From the human T2T-CHM13v2.0 reference genome, Homo sapiens: a stretch of 64,000 nucleotides of DNA. The stretch lies in NCBI RefSeq assembly GCF_009914755.1, contig NC_060925.1; one strand, 5' to 3'. Each line of letters opens with the position of its first letter. Position 1 is the stretch's first letter. Positions 43,001 to 59,325 of this stretch are shown here, one piece after another. The notes beneath the pieces were generated by a model. It made no database searches, was not told where the DNA came from, and saw only the letters and a list, made by a program, of their open reading frames with translations. The translations under genes and the position numbers were made by a program.

Positions 43001-44590
43001 AGGTGGAAGCCCCAAGACTTGGCAACTTCTATGTGGTGTTGAGCCTGCAGGTGCACAGAAGTCAAGAATTGAGGTTTGGGAACCTCCACCTAGATTTCAG
43101 AAGACGTAGGAAATGCTTGGATGTCCAGGCAGAAATTTGCTTCAGGGTGGGGTGCTCATGGAGAACCTCTGGTAGGACAGTGCAGAAGGGAAATGTGGGG
43201 TCACAGCCCCCAGACAGAGTCCCTACTGGGGCATTGCCTAGTGGAGCTGAGTAGAGGGCCACTGTCCTCCAGACCCCAGAATGGTAGATCCACTGACAAC
43301 TTGCACTGTTCTCCTGGAAAATCTGCAGACAATCAATGCCAGCCCATGAAAGCTGTTGGGAGGGAGGCTGTACCCTGCAAAGTCACAGGGGCAGAGCTGC
43401 CCAAGACCATGGGAACCTACCTCTTGCATCAGTGTGACCTGGATGTGAGACGTGGAGTCAAAGGAGATCATTTTGGAGCTTTAAAATTTGACTGCACCAC
43501 TGGATTTTGGACTTGCATGGGGCCTGTAGCCCCTTTGTTTTGGCCAATTTCTCCCATTTGGAATGGCTGTATTTACCAAATACCTGTATCCCTATTGTAT
43601 CTAGAAAGTAACCAGCTTGCTTTCGATTTTACAGGCTCATAGGTGGAAGGGACTTGCCTTGTCTCATATGAGACTTTGGACTGTGGACTTTTGGGTCAAT
43701 GCTGAAATGAGTTAAAACTTTGAGAGACTGTTGGGAAGGCATGATTGGTTTTGAAATGTGAGGACATGAAATTTGGAGGGGCCAGGGGCAGAATGATGTG
43801 GTTTGGCTGTGTTGCCATTCAACTCGCAGCTTGAATTGTGTCTCCCAGAATTCCCACATGTTGTGGGAGGGAGCCAGGGAGAGGTAATTGAATCATGGGG
43901 CTGGTCTTTCCCATGCTATTCTCGTGATAGTGAATAAGTCTCATAGGATCTGATGGGATTATCAGGGGTTTCTGCTTTTGTATCCTTTTTATTTTCTCTT
44001 GCTGTTGCCATGTAAGAAGTGCTTTTCGCCTCCTGCCGTGATTCTGAGGCCTGCCCAGCCATGTGGAACTGTAAGTCCAATTAAACCTCTTTTTCTTCCC
44101 AGACTTGGGTATGTCTTTATCAGCAGCATGAAAACGAACTAATTTACCCTCCTCTGCTTAAAACCTGCCCTTAGCTCTCCACCTTCCCGGAGAAAAGCCA
44201 GAGTCCCCAGAATGGTTGGCAAGCTCCCCCAGGTCTGCCCCCACACCAGCCTCCAGCCCAGCTCTTCCTTGCAGGCTCCTTCCCATCTCTGGGCTGTTCC
44301 AGTCTGGGGCAGCACTTCTCCACTGTGTCCACGGCCCGTCCTCTCAGCTCCTTTCCTCCAGTGTTCTCTTTGCACACCGCCCTGTTTTAAAGTGCCAGGT
44401 CTCCCACCCTCTTCTCTTTTCCTTTTCCTCCATGGCACTCATCACCATCTCACACAGTACATGTTTGATTTGTCGTCTGTTCCGCCCTACTAGAGGGAGG
44501 GCTGCACAGGGGCAGGGATTCTATGGATCTTGTTCACTGCCATACCCAGCATCTAGAACAGTCCCTGGTACATAATAGGTGTTCAGTAAT
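40090..44590 (+). mobile_element. Degenerate L2 LINE interrupted by MIR and THE1A
   Basis: The L2 motif AAATCAGATCATGTC|CCCTCCTCTGCTTAAAACC is split exactly by THE1A; L2 3' end CCTGGTACATAATAGGTGTTCAGTAA near 44570. The 5' boundary is approximate. Confidence 0.65.
41865..44146 (+). mobile_element. Full-length THE1A MaLR element (LTRs 41865-42218 and 43794-44146)
   Basis: Two ~353-bp LTRs starting TGATATGG/TGATGTGG, ~1.6 kb internal region, TSD CCCTC at 41860-41864 and 44147-44151. Confidence 0.93.
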
Positions 44591-45024
44591 TAACTCAGTC
44601 ATTAAACATACATGTCAGGCTCTAGCTTGGTGCTAGGGATGCCAAGGATGACCTGACTCAGGCAGGTTCCCTGCTTATACTGAGTTCACGACCCGTGGGG
44701 AAGACAGATGCACTCTCTGACAGGTTTGCAGGCAGCCCTTTATATCTGTCACCTTCCATGTAGCCCCTACTGCACATGGGAGGAAATGCTCTCAAGTAGA
44801 GAGTTGCAGCCCTGTCTCCCTGACCTCAGGAGGGAGAGCCCTGAGCTCCAACCCTTGCCCTCTGGGGCTATGGGAAACAGCTGGAAAGGGAGTTTAAGTC
44901 CACTCTGACCCATAGCTGTGTGATGTGCACAAAATGCTCTCCCTCTCTGCCTCTCAATTTTCTTGTCTATTAAACAGAGATGATAGTCCCAGCACAGCAT
45001 GTCCCACAGGGCTGGGGCGAATGA

Positions 45025-45410
<386 letters not shown>

Positions 45411-46329
45411 ATTTTACAATTTTAAACATGATATAACTGTAGAACGCAGACATCAAGACTCTCTTATAATTCCATTTGGGGTCTGTACCTTAAATCTTAT
45501 GTTGTTTATGCAGAGACAAACATTATATATACAAATGTAACCACTTTATTGAAATGGGATCATAACATGCTGTTTAAAAGTTATTGATGTTGGACATCTT
45601 TCCATGTCAATATATAAACCTCCATTTATTTCTTTTTACCAGCTGCCAAATATCCCACCATATGAACAGACTAAAATCTGTCCCTCCATTGATGAATGTT
45701 TGGATTGCTGAACCCCTGGAAGAAATTCAATAAGAGCAAACAGAAGTGTAATATATGACACCCTGGCAGATCAAAGTGAGAGTTTTATTAGAGGAGACAG
45801 TAAAGCTGGTGGAGCGGGGAGAGCTAAGTGAATCAACATGTTGCAGTCGGAGCCAGGACTCATACCACCCCAAGAGGCAGGAGGCAGCGCAGCCAGAAGG
45901 GCACTGAGGAGCCATGGCCACAGCTCCCTGTGGCTCCCAGCAGCCGGACCAGATGCAAACTTCCCACCCCACCACATGTCTGGGCTTCCTATACCCTGTT
46001 CAGTCTTTACTGAGTCAGAAGCTGTTTTAAGAGCTGAGCACACCCATTTTACAGCAGAGCTTCTTACGGAAAAGCGTGCTGCTGTCCTGGACCCTTTGTC
46101 CATCCTGGGCCATTGGGCCAGCTCCAGCCTCATCCTTGAATGGTGGGTGTACATCGCTGGGGTCCTTGCTAGATTATATTAGGGCCTCCACACACTTTAG
46201 TTGCTCTCCGTTTGCACAATGATTTCTATATCATTAGTACCTCTTTGTCCACTTGCCTAATTATTTCCTTAGGATAAATTCCTAAGAAATCAAATAGCTA
46301 GGTCAGTATATAGCACATTTTCACAGTTT

Positions 46330-46870
46330 GCTACTGACTAGAGATATTAAAGGTACAAAAACAGCCAGAATTAGATGTAGAGTCGCAAGGGAGTTTTGTT
46401 ACTAAGACGTCATTTCTAATCAGGGAGAAAAAATGAGTTACGGAATAAACGGTATTGGAACAATAGGCTAGCCTTCTGGAGAAAAATAACCTCACTCCTT
46501 ATACAAAAGTAAATCCCAGTGGAAGCCAAGATATTAAAAAAAGATTTAAAAAAGGAGGACAATTTTTATATGATCTTGATAAGGAGGAGGCCTTTCTAAG
46601 CACAGTACAAAATCAAGAAGTCATGAAATAAAAGGCTGATAAGTTTGACTCCATGAAAATTAAAATTTTCTATGGAAAAAAATACAATAAAGTCAAAAAT
46701 CAATCAACAAACTGGAAAATAGATTTGCAACATACATAAGAGACAGCAGGCTAATTTTGGTATTATACATAAAAAGCTATTACAAATCATCAAACAAAAG
46801 CTCCACAGCCAAAATGAAAAAATGAAGAGACAGTTCAAAGACAAACAAATGTAGATAATTGTTTAACTTA
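46330..46870 (+). mobile_element. Old L1M ORF2 fragment
   Basis: A-rich AATAAACGGTATTGGAACAA...CTCACTCCTTATACAAAAGTAAATCC...AAACTGGAAAATAGATTTGCAAC. Confidence 0.7.
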
Positions 46871-47771
46871 AGGAAAGGTCAAAATATTTGGCAACTCTGT
46901 GTTGGCCTGGGTGTGACCATGAGCGGTAGTTGCCAGTGGTATTCACAAATATACCCTTTCTCCTCCTTCTGGGCACTTGGTGTGATTGCAGTTTCCTACA
47001 TTTGACCTTAGGTGTGGTCATGTGTCTCGCTTAGGAGAAGGAAATGTGAACGGAAGTGTTGTGGGTCACTTTTGTGTGGAAGCTGCATGGAGTCACCTCT
47101 TTGCTTTCCGTCAGCCTCAGTGTTCAGCAATGTTCTGAATGATGGTTGCTTTATCAGTCTGGTTCTGGGGTGAGGGTAATGAAGTAGTGAAGCAAAGTCC
47201 TTGATGGACATGTGAGGTGAGACAGAAATAAACCTTTGACATTTCAAGCCCCTGAGATTTGGGGCGTGCATGTGCTGGAAGCAGAACCTAGCCTATTCTG
47301 ATGGATTCCTCCAGCACTGCTCGTGGGAAGACATCATCAATATAGAGCATTCATGTGCCCTTTATCTCGAAATTCCACTTCCAGGAATTTATGAAACAGA
47401 TACTCTCACATGTGCAAACAGCTATGGATAAGGACAGACATGGCAACTTGGATTGCAATAGCAAAAGACAGAAACAACCAACGGAAACACCAACCAATAG
47501 GAAATTGGCTAAAGACATTGTGAAACATACATAGAATGAAATAATCTGCAACCAGAAAAATAAGGCAGTAGATGTATGTGTACCAGTGTGGTTTTTATTC
47601 CGAGATTAGGGCTAGGTTAAGACGTCAGATTAAGTTGTCCCTCTCCACCCCACCAATATAAATAAAAAAAGTAAATCATAAACTATTTTTACAATTTTAA
47701 AAAGTGGGTTAAAGAGCCCATCCAAGTAGTTTTATAAAAGTAGACTATCTCCGAAAAGATACCCAATAAAT

Positions 47772-48224
47772 AGGTATATTACTTTCCTGGGGCTGTTATA
47801 ACAAGTTTCTACAAATTTGCTGGCTTCAAATAACAAAAACGTATTCTCTTGCAGTTATGGAAGCCAGAAGTATGGAATGAAGGGTTGCAGGGTGGTGCCC
47901 TCTCCAAAAGCTCTAGGGGAGGAACACTCTTTGCTTCTTCCAGCTCCTGGGGGCTCCTGGCATTCCTTGGCTTATGTCGGCACAGCTCTAATCGGCGCCT
48001 CCATTGTTACATAGGTGTTTCTGTGTCTCAAGTATCTCTCCCCTTTCTCTTCTGATATCAGTCATTGGATTTAGGGACCATCCTAAACCCAGGATAATCT
48101 CCTCATGAGATCCTTAGGTCAATTACATCTGCAAAGATCTCATTTCCAAATAAGGTCACATTCAAAAGTACCAGGGGTTAGTCTTAGACTTATCTTTTTG
48201 GGGGACACGATTCAACCCACTACC
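47772..48224 (-). mobile_element. MLT1 solo LTR, antisense
   Basis: TTTCCTGGGGCTGTTATAACAA...TTTCCAAATAAGGTCACATTC...GATTCAACCCACTAC. Confidence 0.8.
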
Positions 48225-50356
48225 GTGGGTAACAGTGGTTTTCCCTCAGAAGGTGGTGGTTCAGGAGTGGGAGGAAGATGAACTTTTCACTGTATATCCT
48301 TTCAAACTATTCACGTTTTAAAAAAAACATTTTCATGTAAATTTAAAAAAATTGAACATTCACACAAAAAGATGCCCCCTCCCTTGCAAAAAAGAGTATG
48401 CCCGTTCAAAATGTTGAAATGTACACTCACAGCAATGGTGGCTGCAGACTCCAAGTTTCTGAGGTTGGAGAAGGTAGCCAGGGAGCATAAAAGTGAGTTC
48501 TATCTACTCATTCAGTCTATGAGGGGAAGGCAATGGCTAGAAAAGCATTTTAAGGGACAGTAAAAGTGGCATTTTTAGAGGGAGGAAGCCTTGAGGATGC
48601 TTGTGGGGTGAAGGGAAAGAATAACTCAGGAAGAGGCATTTAGGGATAAGAGGAGGAGAGGAGATAGTGGAGGTAGGTGATCCCTGCGGAGGCCAGATTG
48701 GGGCAGGGGAGTGTCAGCTGAGTATAAGAGGATGGTCCCCTCTGCCCTGAAGGAGGAAGGCAGGAGGGGAAAAGGATGGGTGTTGACCCAGAAAGCACTT
48801 GTGGTGGAGGGGAGGCCCCAGAAGAGGCTTCTGACTTACCCTGATTGCTGGTACCTCTCAGGGGAGCTGGCTGCTTATTTGCTGGCCAGGGTGTGGGGGA
48901 ACCCATTTGAGAAGAGGGAGAAGGTGACACAATTCCTTTGGGCAACTTATGGGAGGGGTAATTGGTGAGGGATGAAAGCCCTGCCAAGTGGCAGGAGGCC
49001 CAGCTGGGGCTGCCCCTCATAAGAGTGCAGTGGAGGATATGGGATGAGAAGTGACTGCCCCTCTGGTTCCATCTGTCGCAGAGCCCAGGGTGCTTCCTTC
49101 CTCCCCCACCTCCCTCAGAACACACCCACTGCATGCTGGACAGCAGCCCCCTTCCTGGGCCTGGGGACATCCATGTCCCTCTGTGCACAGGCTTCATCAT
49201 TCTCTGGGTGCACGGTAACGACCCCGGTAGGTGAGAGGCCAAGGTCCCAAAGGGGAGCAGCAGGGAAAGTTAGCTCCCATCTATTCTTGCTCCAGGGGAG
49301 GCCTTTGATGAGGAAGCTGCCAAAAGCACATTGCAAATACAATTCCAATTACAGGCAACAGGAAGGAGAACCACCTCTGCCACCTCTGTCAGCAAACCAT
49401 GAGCTCCTACTCTGTGCTGCGATGGCGGGCTCGATGGGGATAACTCTGACCTTACCTCATGGAGTCACTGTCAACCCACTGGTTGCACTGTCTTTGTGCA
49501 CTGGCTCTCTGGAGTGAGGTCTTTGCAAACAAAGTGGAAAGAGCATCAACTTTGGACTCCAGCACCTAGATTCAGAGCAGGCCATTTCACTCGGAATCTG
49601 CTGTGCATCTGCAAGGGAGGATCATAAATTCGCCTTTGTTTCTTCCCAGTATCGACAGCCCTTCCAGAAAGAGCAAGCCTCATGTCATGCCACATGTACA
49701 ATCTGAGGCCAGGAGCTCTCTTTCCCCTTTTCATCCTCCTGCCTGGTACACAATAGGTGTTTACTGGATGCTTGTCCAGTTGATTTCTTGAACATGGTGT
49801 GTAAAAGGAATCTTTGCAAATTGAATCTTCTGGAAAGCTGAGCTTGTGCCTACCATAGAATTCTGAATGTACCTATATGACGTCTTTGCAAACTTAAAAC
49901 CTGAATCTTTGTAGTATAAATCCCTTGAAATGCATGTAGGCTGGACATCAAAAGCAAGCAATCTCTTCAAGGAGCAGCTAGTTGGTAAGGTCAGTGTGCA
50001 GGGTGCATAAAGGGCAGAGGCCGGAGGGGGTCCAGGCTAAGTTTAGAAGGCTGCCAGGTTAAGGCCAGTGGAAAGAATTCGGTGGGCAGCGAGGAGTCCA
50101 CAGTAGGATTGATTCAGAAGTCTCACTGGTCAGCAGGAGACAAGGTGGACCCAGGAAACACTGAAAAGGTGGGCCCGGCAGAACTTGGAGTCTGGCATCC
50201 CACGCAGGGTGAGAGGCGGGAGAGGAGGAGCCCCTAGGGCGCCGGCCTGCCTTCCAGCCCAGTTAGGATTTGGGAGTTTTTTCTTCCCTCTGCGCGTAAT
50301 CTGACGCTGTTTGGGGAGGGCGAGGCCGAAACCTGATCCTCCAGTCCGGGGGTTCC

Positions 50357-50369
50357 GTTAATGTTTAAT
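50357..50369 (+). promoter_or_regulatory. PCSK9: HNF1 binding site
   Basis: GTTAATGTTTAAT matches the HNF1 pseudo-palindrome GTTAATNATTAAC; known PCSK9 promoter element just upstream of the SRE. Confidence 0.92.
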
Positions 50370-50376
50370 CAGATAG

Positions 50377-50958
<582 letters not shown>

Positions 50959-52832
50959 TAGGGGTGGGAGGCCGGGGCGAACCCGCAGCCGGGACGGTGC
51001 GGTGCTGTTTCCTCTCGGGCCTCAGTTTCCCCCCATGTAAGAGAGGAAGTGGAGTGCAGGTCGCCGAGGGCTCTTCGCTTGGCACGATCTTGGGGACTGC
51101 AGGCAAGGCGGCGGGGGAGGACGGGTAGTGGGGAGCACGGTGGAGAGCGGGGACGGCCGGCTCTTTGGGGACTTGCTGGGGCGTGCGGCTGCGCTATTCA
51201 GTGGGAAGGTTCGCGGGGTTGGGAGACCCGGAGGCCGAGGAAGGGCGAGCAGAGCACTGCCAGGATATCCTGCCCAGATTTCCCAGTTTCTGCCTCGCCG
51301 CGGCACAGGTGGGTGAAGGAGTGAATGCCTGGAACGTACTGGGAACTGCACCAGGCACAGAGAAAGCGGGCTTGCCATTATAGTGGGTTCCGATTTGGTT
51401 TGGAAAACATGGGCAGCGGAGGGTGGAGGGCCTGGAGAGAAGGCCCTACCCGAGACAGGGGCGGGGTGGGAAGGACGGCAGATGCTGGGAGCACGAGGCA
51501 ATTTCTTTATGACACAGAACTCATGCTCTAGTATTCCATCTGTTTCAGCCGAAGAAAAGAACCAGCTGAAGGGGCAGGGGAGAAGGGGCGGAGGTATTCT
51601 CGAGGCCCATTGGCGTCCTTTAGGACTCAGGCAGGGAAGGGCCCTTGGTGCTCTGGAGCCGGAGGTGGTGCGCCTGGTACTGGGACCCCGGAGCTGAGCC
51701 CGGCGCCTCAGCCCACCTGGCTGTCTGCCGACCGTGTGCGGGGCGAGTTTGCTCAACAACTCTGCCAGCTTCTGGCCCTCAGGCTGTGGGAAGCTTCTTC
51801 CCGGGGCGAGACCACTAGCTTTTTCTAAGTATTACCAGCCCAGGACTTGGCTGAGGTTCTGTGTCCCCCAGCTTGGAGTCAGATGTGGGGTTGAATCTTG
51901 GCTTCCTCTCACTAGCTGTGGTGCTTGACAAGTCACTTATCCTTGAGCCTCCATTGCCTAATCTTTAAAAGGGAGGTGACAATCGTCCCTACGGCTCAGT
52001 GGCAGCAGATGGGGAGATGAAGGGAAAGTTCTGTTGACCATGAGTGAACTTACAATGCAAGCCCCGGGGGGATCACTTGCAGTTTTGTCCCTGTCTGCAG
52101 TGTGACCTGTTGGTGACATTGTCTTTGCTCCAAACCACAGCTCCTGGGGCAGAGGGGAAAATTCTGCCACTCACAGCTGCCTGCCCACGCTTCTGTCTGA
52201 GTGTGCTGGGTGGCAGGATGGCAAGTCCTTACTCAGCTCAGTATAGCCCTCTTCCTTGTTCCCTGAGCCTTTGACTTTCTCGAGGGATGTTGTGGGGTTG
52301 TGGCCAGGATAAGAAAGGGCATTTCAAGTTACCACTGCTCCAAAACAACTGTTCTGGAAATAGTGAGTACCCCATCCTGAGAGGTGAGTAAGCAGAGGCT
52401 GTATGACCACCTGAACCAAGCCCTTGAGGATGTTTCTTCTCTGGTGGAAGTTTGGAACAGGAGCCTCCTCAAGTTCATTTATTCATTCATTCAATGGTTA
52501 TTTTGTGGGAATCGAATTTAGAATGAAAATATTTTTTGGCAAGCAGAAAATAATTTTTAGACCAATCCTTTTCTTTTAGTCATGAGAAACTGAGGCCCAG
52601 AGAGAGGAGGTCACCCCAGGTGCATTAGAACTGGGTTTCCAGAACTGACACTCCACTGCACAGAGTACTCTCCCAATTCATTCAATTTTTATTTAGCGGA
52701 AGGCATTTTCAGATGGGTCTTTGAAGCATTAGTAGGAGTTCAGCGATGATGGTGTCATGAGAATTTTATTCTAGGATTAGGAGGTACCATGAACAAAGAT
52801 ACAGAGCTGGGAAAACCAGAGGTGGAAGATAA

Positions 52833-53167
<335 letters not shown>

Positions 53168-53672
53168 TCCACAGTTCTTTATCCACCGTCTGAAATGTAA
53201 AATGTTACGAAAACCAAAAGTTTTTTTTGTGATTTATTTGATGGTAGCACCTGACGTGAACTGACATGAGATTATTTTTAATTTAGTTGTGTGAATATGC
53301 ATATTCATATATTTTGCTGCATAGATTACAGTATGCAGCTCCAGATTCTTCCAAGCAGACTCTGATTGCCCATTACTGCCTTTCTAAAATCCAAACAAGT
53401 TCTGAGGTTCAAAACCGATTTGGCCCTAAGGCTTTGGGTAAAGGGGGTGGACTCTGTTCTACTCTGACTGGAGTCCAAGATGCATATATACAGAGATATG
53501 GGTGATGGGGCTGCAAGGTAGGTTGAGGTAGGGGCCAAGGAGGAGCATGGAGTTTGGACTTGATTCATGAGGCTGTGGGGAGCCAGTGAAGGTTCTTAAG
53601 CAGGTATGTCTGCCTGAGAGCAGTTGGAGCAGACAAGAGCTAAAAACCAAACAAATCACCATAGATAGTGGC

Positions 53673-54101
53673 TGCTATAATTTGTTTGTCCCCTCCAAAT
53701 CTCATGTGGAAATTTGGTCCTCAGTGTTGGAAGTGGGGCCTAATGGGAGGTGTTTGGGTCATGGGGGAGGAACCCCTGTGAAAGGCTTGGTGCCGTCCTT
53801 GTGATAATGAGTAAGTTCTCCCGCTATGATTTCCCTTGAAGGCTGATTATTAAAAAGAGCTTGGCACCTCCCTCTCTTCTCTCTTGCTTCTTCTCTTGCC
53901 ATGTGATTGATCTCTGCACATGTAGGCTCCCCTTCACCTTCTGCCATCAGTGAAAGCAGCTTAAGGCCCTCACCAGAAGCAGATGCTGGTGCCATGCTTC
54001 CTGGAGAGCTTGCAGAATCATGAGCTGAATAAATCCCTTTTCCTTGTAAATTACTCACCTTCAGGTATTCCTTTATATAGCAACACAAAAGGACTAAGAC
54101 A
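53673..54101 (+). mobile_element. MST (MSTB-like) solo LTR in PCSK9 intron 1
   Basis: TGCTAT...GGACTAAGACA ends, internal AATAAA, TSD GTGGC at 53668-53672 and 54102-54106. Confidence 0.88.
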
Positions 54102-54696
54102 GTGGCCTTGACTTTTCTCTCTCTTTAAGAAGTGTTGCCTTTGCTCACTTAGTCATCCCTTCTGCCTGCATTTGTAGAGCATCTGGATGGGAGATTTATA
54201 TAACCGTCACTCTTGACTTTCCCAGCAGGCCTATGTCATAGGTACTGTGGTCTCTACAATACAGCAGAGGTATCTGAGGCTCCGAGAGGTTGAGTGACTT
54301 GCTCATGGCTGCACAACCAGTAAATATTGGAGCTGGAATTCAGGTCCACGGTTTCCTGGCTCCAAAGCCCATGATTTTTTCCCTCAATTTATTCTGACTG
54401 GGGCATGGGGGAGGGGGTGGCCTTTGGGCAGGGCCACCAGGAGCCACCAGGCCCGTAGAGAGCTGGGTGCAGGTACAGAGGAAAACCTGTTGTCGAGTGT
54501 GGCCCGTAGTTCCCATTTTTGCCTGAATGGCACATTTGAAAGTGTTATATAACCATGTGAATAATAATAGTTGGCCTATATGAGTTTTTTAATTTGCTTT
54601 TTGGTCCGCATTTGGTAACTTCTTTATCATCTACTATACTCTGTTGTGTCTCTTTTGTTGTAATTTGTAAGTAGGGGTGAGATAAAGTACACCTAG

Positions 54697-55011
<315 letters not shown>

Positions 55012-56603
55012 TAGTAGGCCCATTGCTGAAAATCAGAAGGGGACAGCAAGTATGTATTGAGCACTTATCGGGTACCAAGCACAGTAACTACTGGCTTTCT
55101 GTATAGAATTCCCTTTAAGCCTGGCCATGCCCCAGTGGTACGTCTATCTTCATTTGAAAGACGAGGAGACTGAAGTTCAGAGGGGACCACACAGACAGCT
55201 AGGGGTAGAGCCTGGATCAAACCCATTGGTCTGCCTGCCAGCCATTCTTGTGCCAATGCATCTGCTGCCTACGGAAACCTGTAGGGACAAGGCCCTGGGA
55301 TGTTCAGTGGAGCCTGAGTCATTTTATAAAAAAGCATGACTCTAGGGTCCAAAATTCCTTTGAAGCTGTTGCTATCCAGAGTGAAGTCCCTTCTTTAGGA
55401 CAGGGTGGCCCTCCTCCCTCCTGGATGTCACATCTTCGGTGGAGGGGCAGAAAGGGGACTGGGTATTCTCCTCACCCTGGCCCTAGTGCTTCAAATCTTA
55501 AAAAAACGTTTTTATTTGTGCTTCTGCACCACCTTCTAGCCCACCTCGTTTCCTGGCCTCTAACTTGATGAGAGCGTGTGTCATTTTCACACTGATTCTC
55601 CACATGGCAGGCGGTGCTTCTTAGCCTCCTGCAGACAGTGAGGCCCCACGGTCTTGTCCAAGGTCACACAGCGTGTAATGGGCAGGGTCAGAGTCTGGAG
55701 TCTGGACCTGGGTCTCCTAGCTGCACTGCACTGCTGCCCCATGGGTTAATCAGCTCAGCATACCGTGGCTGAACAGCTACCTCATACCAAGGCCTGTGGC
55801 GCCATGACAGGGATTGACAGGGTCCCTGCCTTGGAAACCCGTAGTCTAAGTAGAGGAGACTGACAAGTCAATGCCTTCCATCAGTCTGCTCAACACACGT
55901 TTACCAAGTGCCTACTGTGTGCTGCAGAGGCGAAGATGACACAGCTCAGGCCTTTCCCTTGAGCTTACAGTTCAGGAGGAGAGACTGACCAGTGACTGCC
56001 AGTACAGTTGACTATGGGACAATGTGCTCAGCCTTGGGGAGAGACGAAGAAGGTACCCGTATAGCACCAGATGACAGGCACGAGCCCCACAGGCCAGGGC
56101 AGCTGCTCAGAGGAGAGTAGGCCAAGCAGAAGGCAAACAGAAGGCTGCAGGCATTTGCCATCGAGAGCTGGACTTCAAACTGGGCATCATACCAGCCTGG
56201 GTTCGAGTCCTGCCCAGCCCCTTATTGGCTGTCTAACCCTGAGCAAATCCCTTCACCTCTCTGAGCCTCATTCCTCTATCTGTAAACCAGTTATAATAAT
56301 TGGAACATTCATTTAAGGACTAAATGAGGTCGTGAAGCATTCAGCAGATGCTAGGTACGGAAACTCGCTGAAGTGGGGGCAGGTTAAGAAGCCTCTGGGG
56401 ATACGAAGGCATCCAGGGACTAGTTGTGGCAGGAGGCTGTTACCACTTAGGTCTGAAGGGTAAGGAGAGGGAATAGCTTTCCCTCTGCCCAGTTGGAGCC
56501 GGTGGCATGGAGGAGAGGCTGCCTGTGGGGAATCACCCGAGGGTTCACCGCTGCCATGCGCAGGGAGTCAGGAGGTAGGGAGGGAGTGGGGCAGATGCAC
56601 ACC

Positions 56604-56945
<342 letters not shown>

Positions 56946-57248
56946 TAGTGCCTCCCATTGGCTGAGCCCAACTGGAAGCTTTGCAAGGGAGCTGGTGCTG
57001 CAGTTTGCACTGAGCAGGCTGGAGAAGGCTGGAGAATAGACTAGGGGACAAACCGAATTGCCAGTGCTGTTATGTCATGATTTAGGCATGGAGTCCAGGG
57101 CCTGAGCTTCACTCCATGTCCATCCTGCCCAGAGCCTTGGCACAGCCTGGCTCCCAGACAAGATGTCAAGTTCAGAATCCTTCCTAAAAGGAATCCTCTA
57201 TGCCAGACCGTGTTGCAGGGATATGGGAGTGCTGGGCTCCCAGCCTGA

Positions 57249-57587
<339 letters not shown>

Positions 57588-58924
57588 TGAGCTGAATCCA
57601 TTTGCTCTGCCCTGGCCTGGCCTCCCTGCTGGTGGTTTCCACTTCTCGGGGGGCTTTGGGACTCAGCACCTCCACTGACCCCTTTTTTTCTGTCCCATCC
57701 CCATCCCCTGCAGCCCCCACTGCCTGCCTTCCTGTTGCCCCACAAATGCAAAAGTCTTGCCTTAAATGATCCTCTTTTCCTCCTTTTCTCTTGTTTTCCT
57801 TTTCTCACCATTTGGAATGGCCCAGCAGGCTGCACTTACCTTGGAAGGAGGGTTCATCTGATGGTGACTCTACCTAGGGCCCCCAGGCCTCTATAACTCC
57901 CAGTGCCCTGCAGACTGGACCAGATCCTTTAATGGGATAGACACAACCCTGTCTGGGATGCCTCTGCCTACCTTCCTGTTTTGCTGCTCCACCTGCCTCC
58001 AGCTCCGTTTGGCTTCCTGGGGCTCCCTGCCTGGGCCACTTTGTGTCTTCCCTCTAGGCCTTTCTTTCCACTGTTCCCTCTGCCTGGTGTGGCCTGGCTA
58101 TGGAAGGGAGGGAGGAGGAGCGGCCATGGAAAACGGTCTGCATTCTAGCAGGGACTTGCAGGTGGCAATTCAGTCGGGGAAGACTCTAGATGCACCTGGC
58201 CTGAGGAGAGAATGAAGGGTTCTAGTTGGACTGTGTTAAGTTTGAGGTGCCCATGGTGTGAGGTCTGGAGCTCAGCGCAGAGATGATGCAATGCGGTGGG
58301 TCCATGCAACATGGTGCCAGGACGCAGAGCTTGGGGTGAACTCAGCTTTCACCCCTTACCGGTTCTCGTGGGATCTTGGGAAGCCACTTTCTTCTATGAG
58401 CTTTGTCGTTCTTGTCTGTAAAATGGGCACATAACCCTGTCCCTGTCCTTCTCACAGGTTGCTGTGAGACTCCAATGAGTTGAAGGATGTGCAGATGCTT
58501 TTGGAAGTGAAAAGTTGGGGGGCTACTGTGTGACTTTGCATACACCCAAACTGTGTGACCTTGCATATGTCTGAGTTGCTGCCATTGCAACAGATCAGAG
58601 CTGGTGGGCTGGGTGTGGAGAAAGGGTTTGTGTGGGGGACATCCTCTGGCAAGGGTGGCAGCAGCAGAAGTGAGGGGCCTGGTCGGTCATGTGTGCTGAC
58701 CCGGCCTGGGCAGCCTGTGGCCAGGGAGAGGACAGCTCCTCTGTAGGAAGAGCCTGTTCCTTTCCAACCAGGTGAGACCTCTTCAGTGGAGCCCTGGAGC
58801 CCCCTGTACTCCACATCAGTGCCTCAGGGACCTCCCGGAGCAGGCTAATATCAGAGACCAAGAGGGACACTGGCAGAGGATCACAGAGACCCCAGTCCAG
58901 GCAGGGACTGAGAAGATCTTGCCC

Positions 58925-59325
58925 CCTAAGTTAGTTTCCTAGCACTGCTGTGACAAAATACCACCCCCTCGGTTGGAACAAGTTGATTCTCTGCAGTCCT
59001 GGAGGCCAGAAGCCTGAATCAGTGTCGGCAGGACCACTTTCTCCCGGGGGGCTCCAGGGAGAAGCTTCTCTTGCCTCTTCCGTGTCCCAACAGCGGCAGC
59101 ACACCAATCCCAGCCTCTGTCTTCACACAGCCTTCTCTGTGTCTCTCTCCTCTTCATTGTCTCATAAGGACACTTGTCATTGGATTTAGGGCCCACTGGA
59201 TCCTCCAGGATGATCTCATGTGGGGAACCTTAACCACATCTGCAAGGACCCTTTTTCCAAATAAGGTCACAGCCACAGTTTGTGGGGGTTAGGATGTGAG
59301 TGTATCTCTTTGGCAGCCACTGTTC
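58925..59325 (-). mobile_element. MLT1 solo LTR, antisense, PCSK9 intron 3
   Basis: TTAGTTTCCTAGCACTGCTGTGACAAAATACC...AGGACACTTGTCATTGGATTTAGGGCCCAC...TTTCCAAATAAGGTCACA. Confidence 0.8.

Noticed and set aside
42352-43642. THE1 internal ORFs (60-173 aa)
   Set aside because: Fragments of the decayed MaLR internal ORF, broken by stops and frameshifts.
49052-49070. CTCF-like CTGCCCCCTCTGGTT
   Set aside because: Several mismatches in the 5' half of the core consensus.
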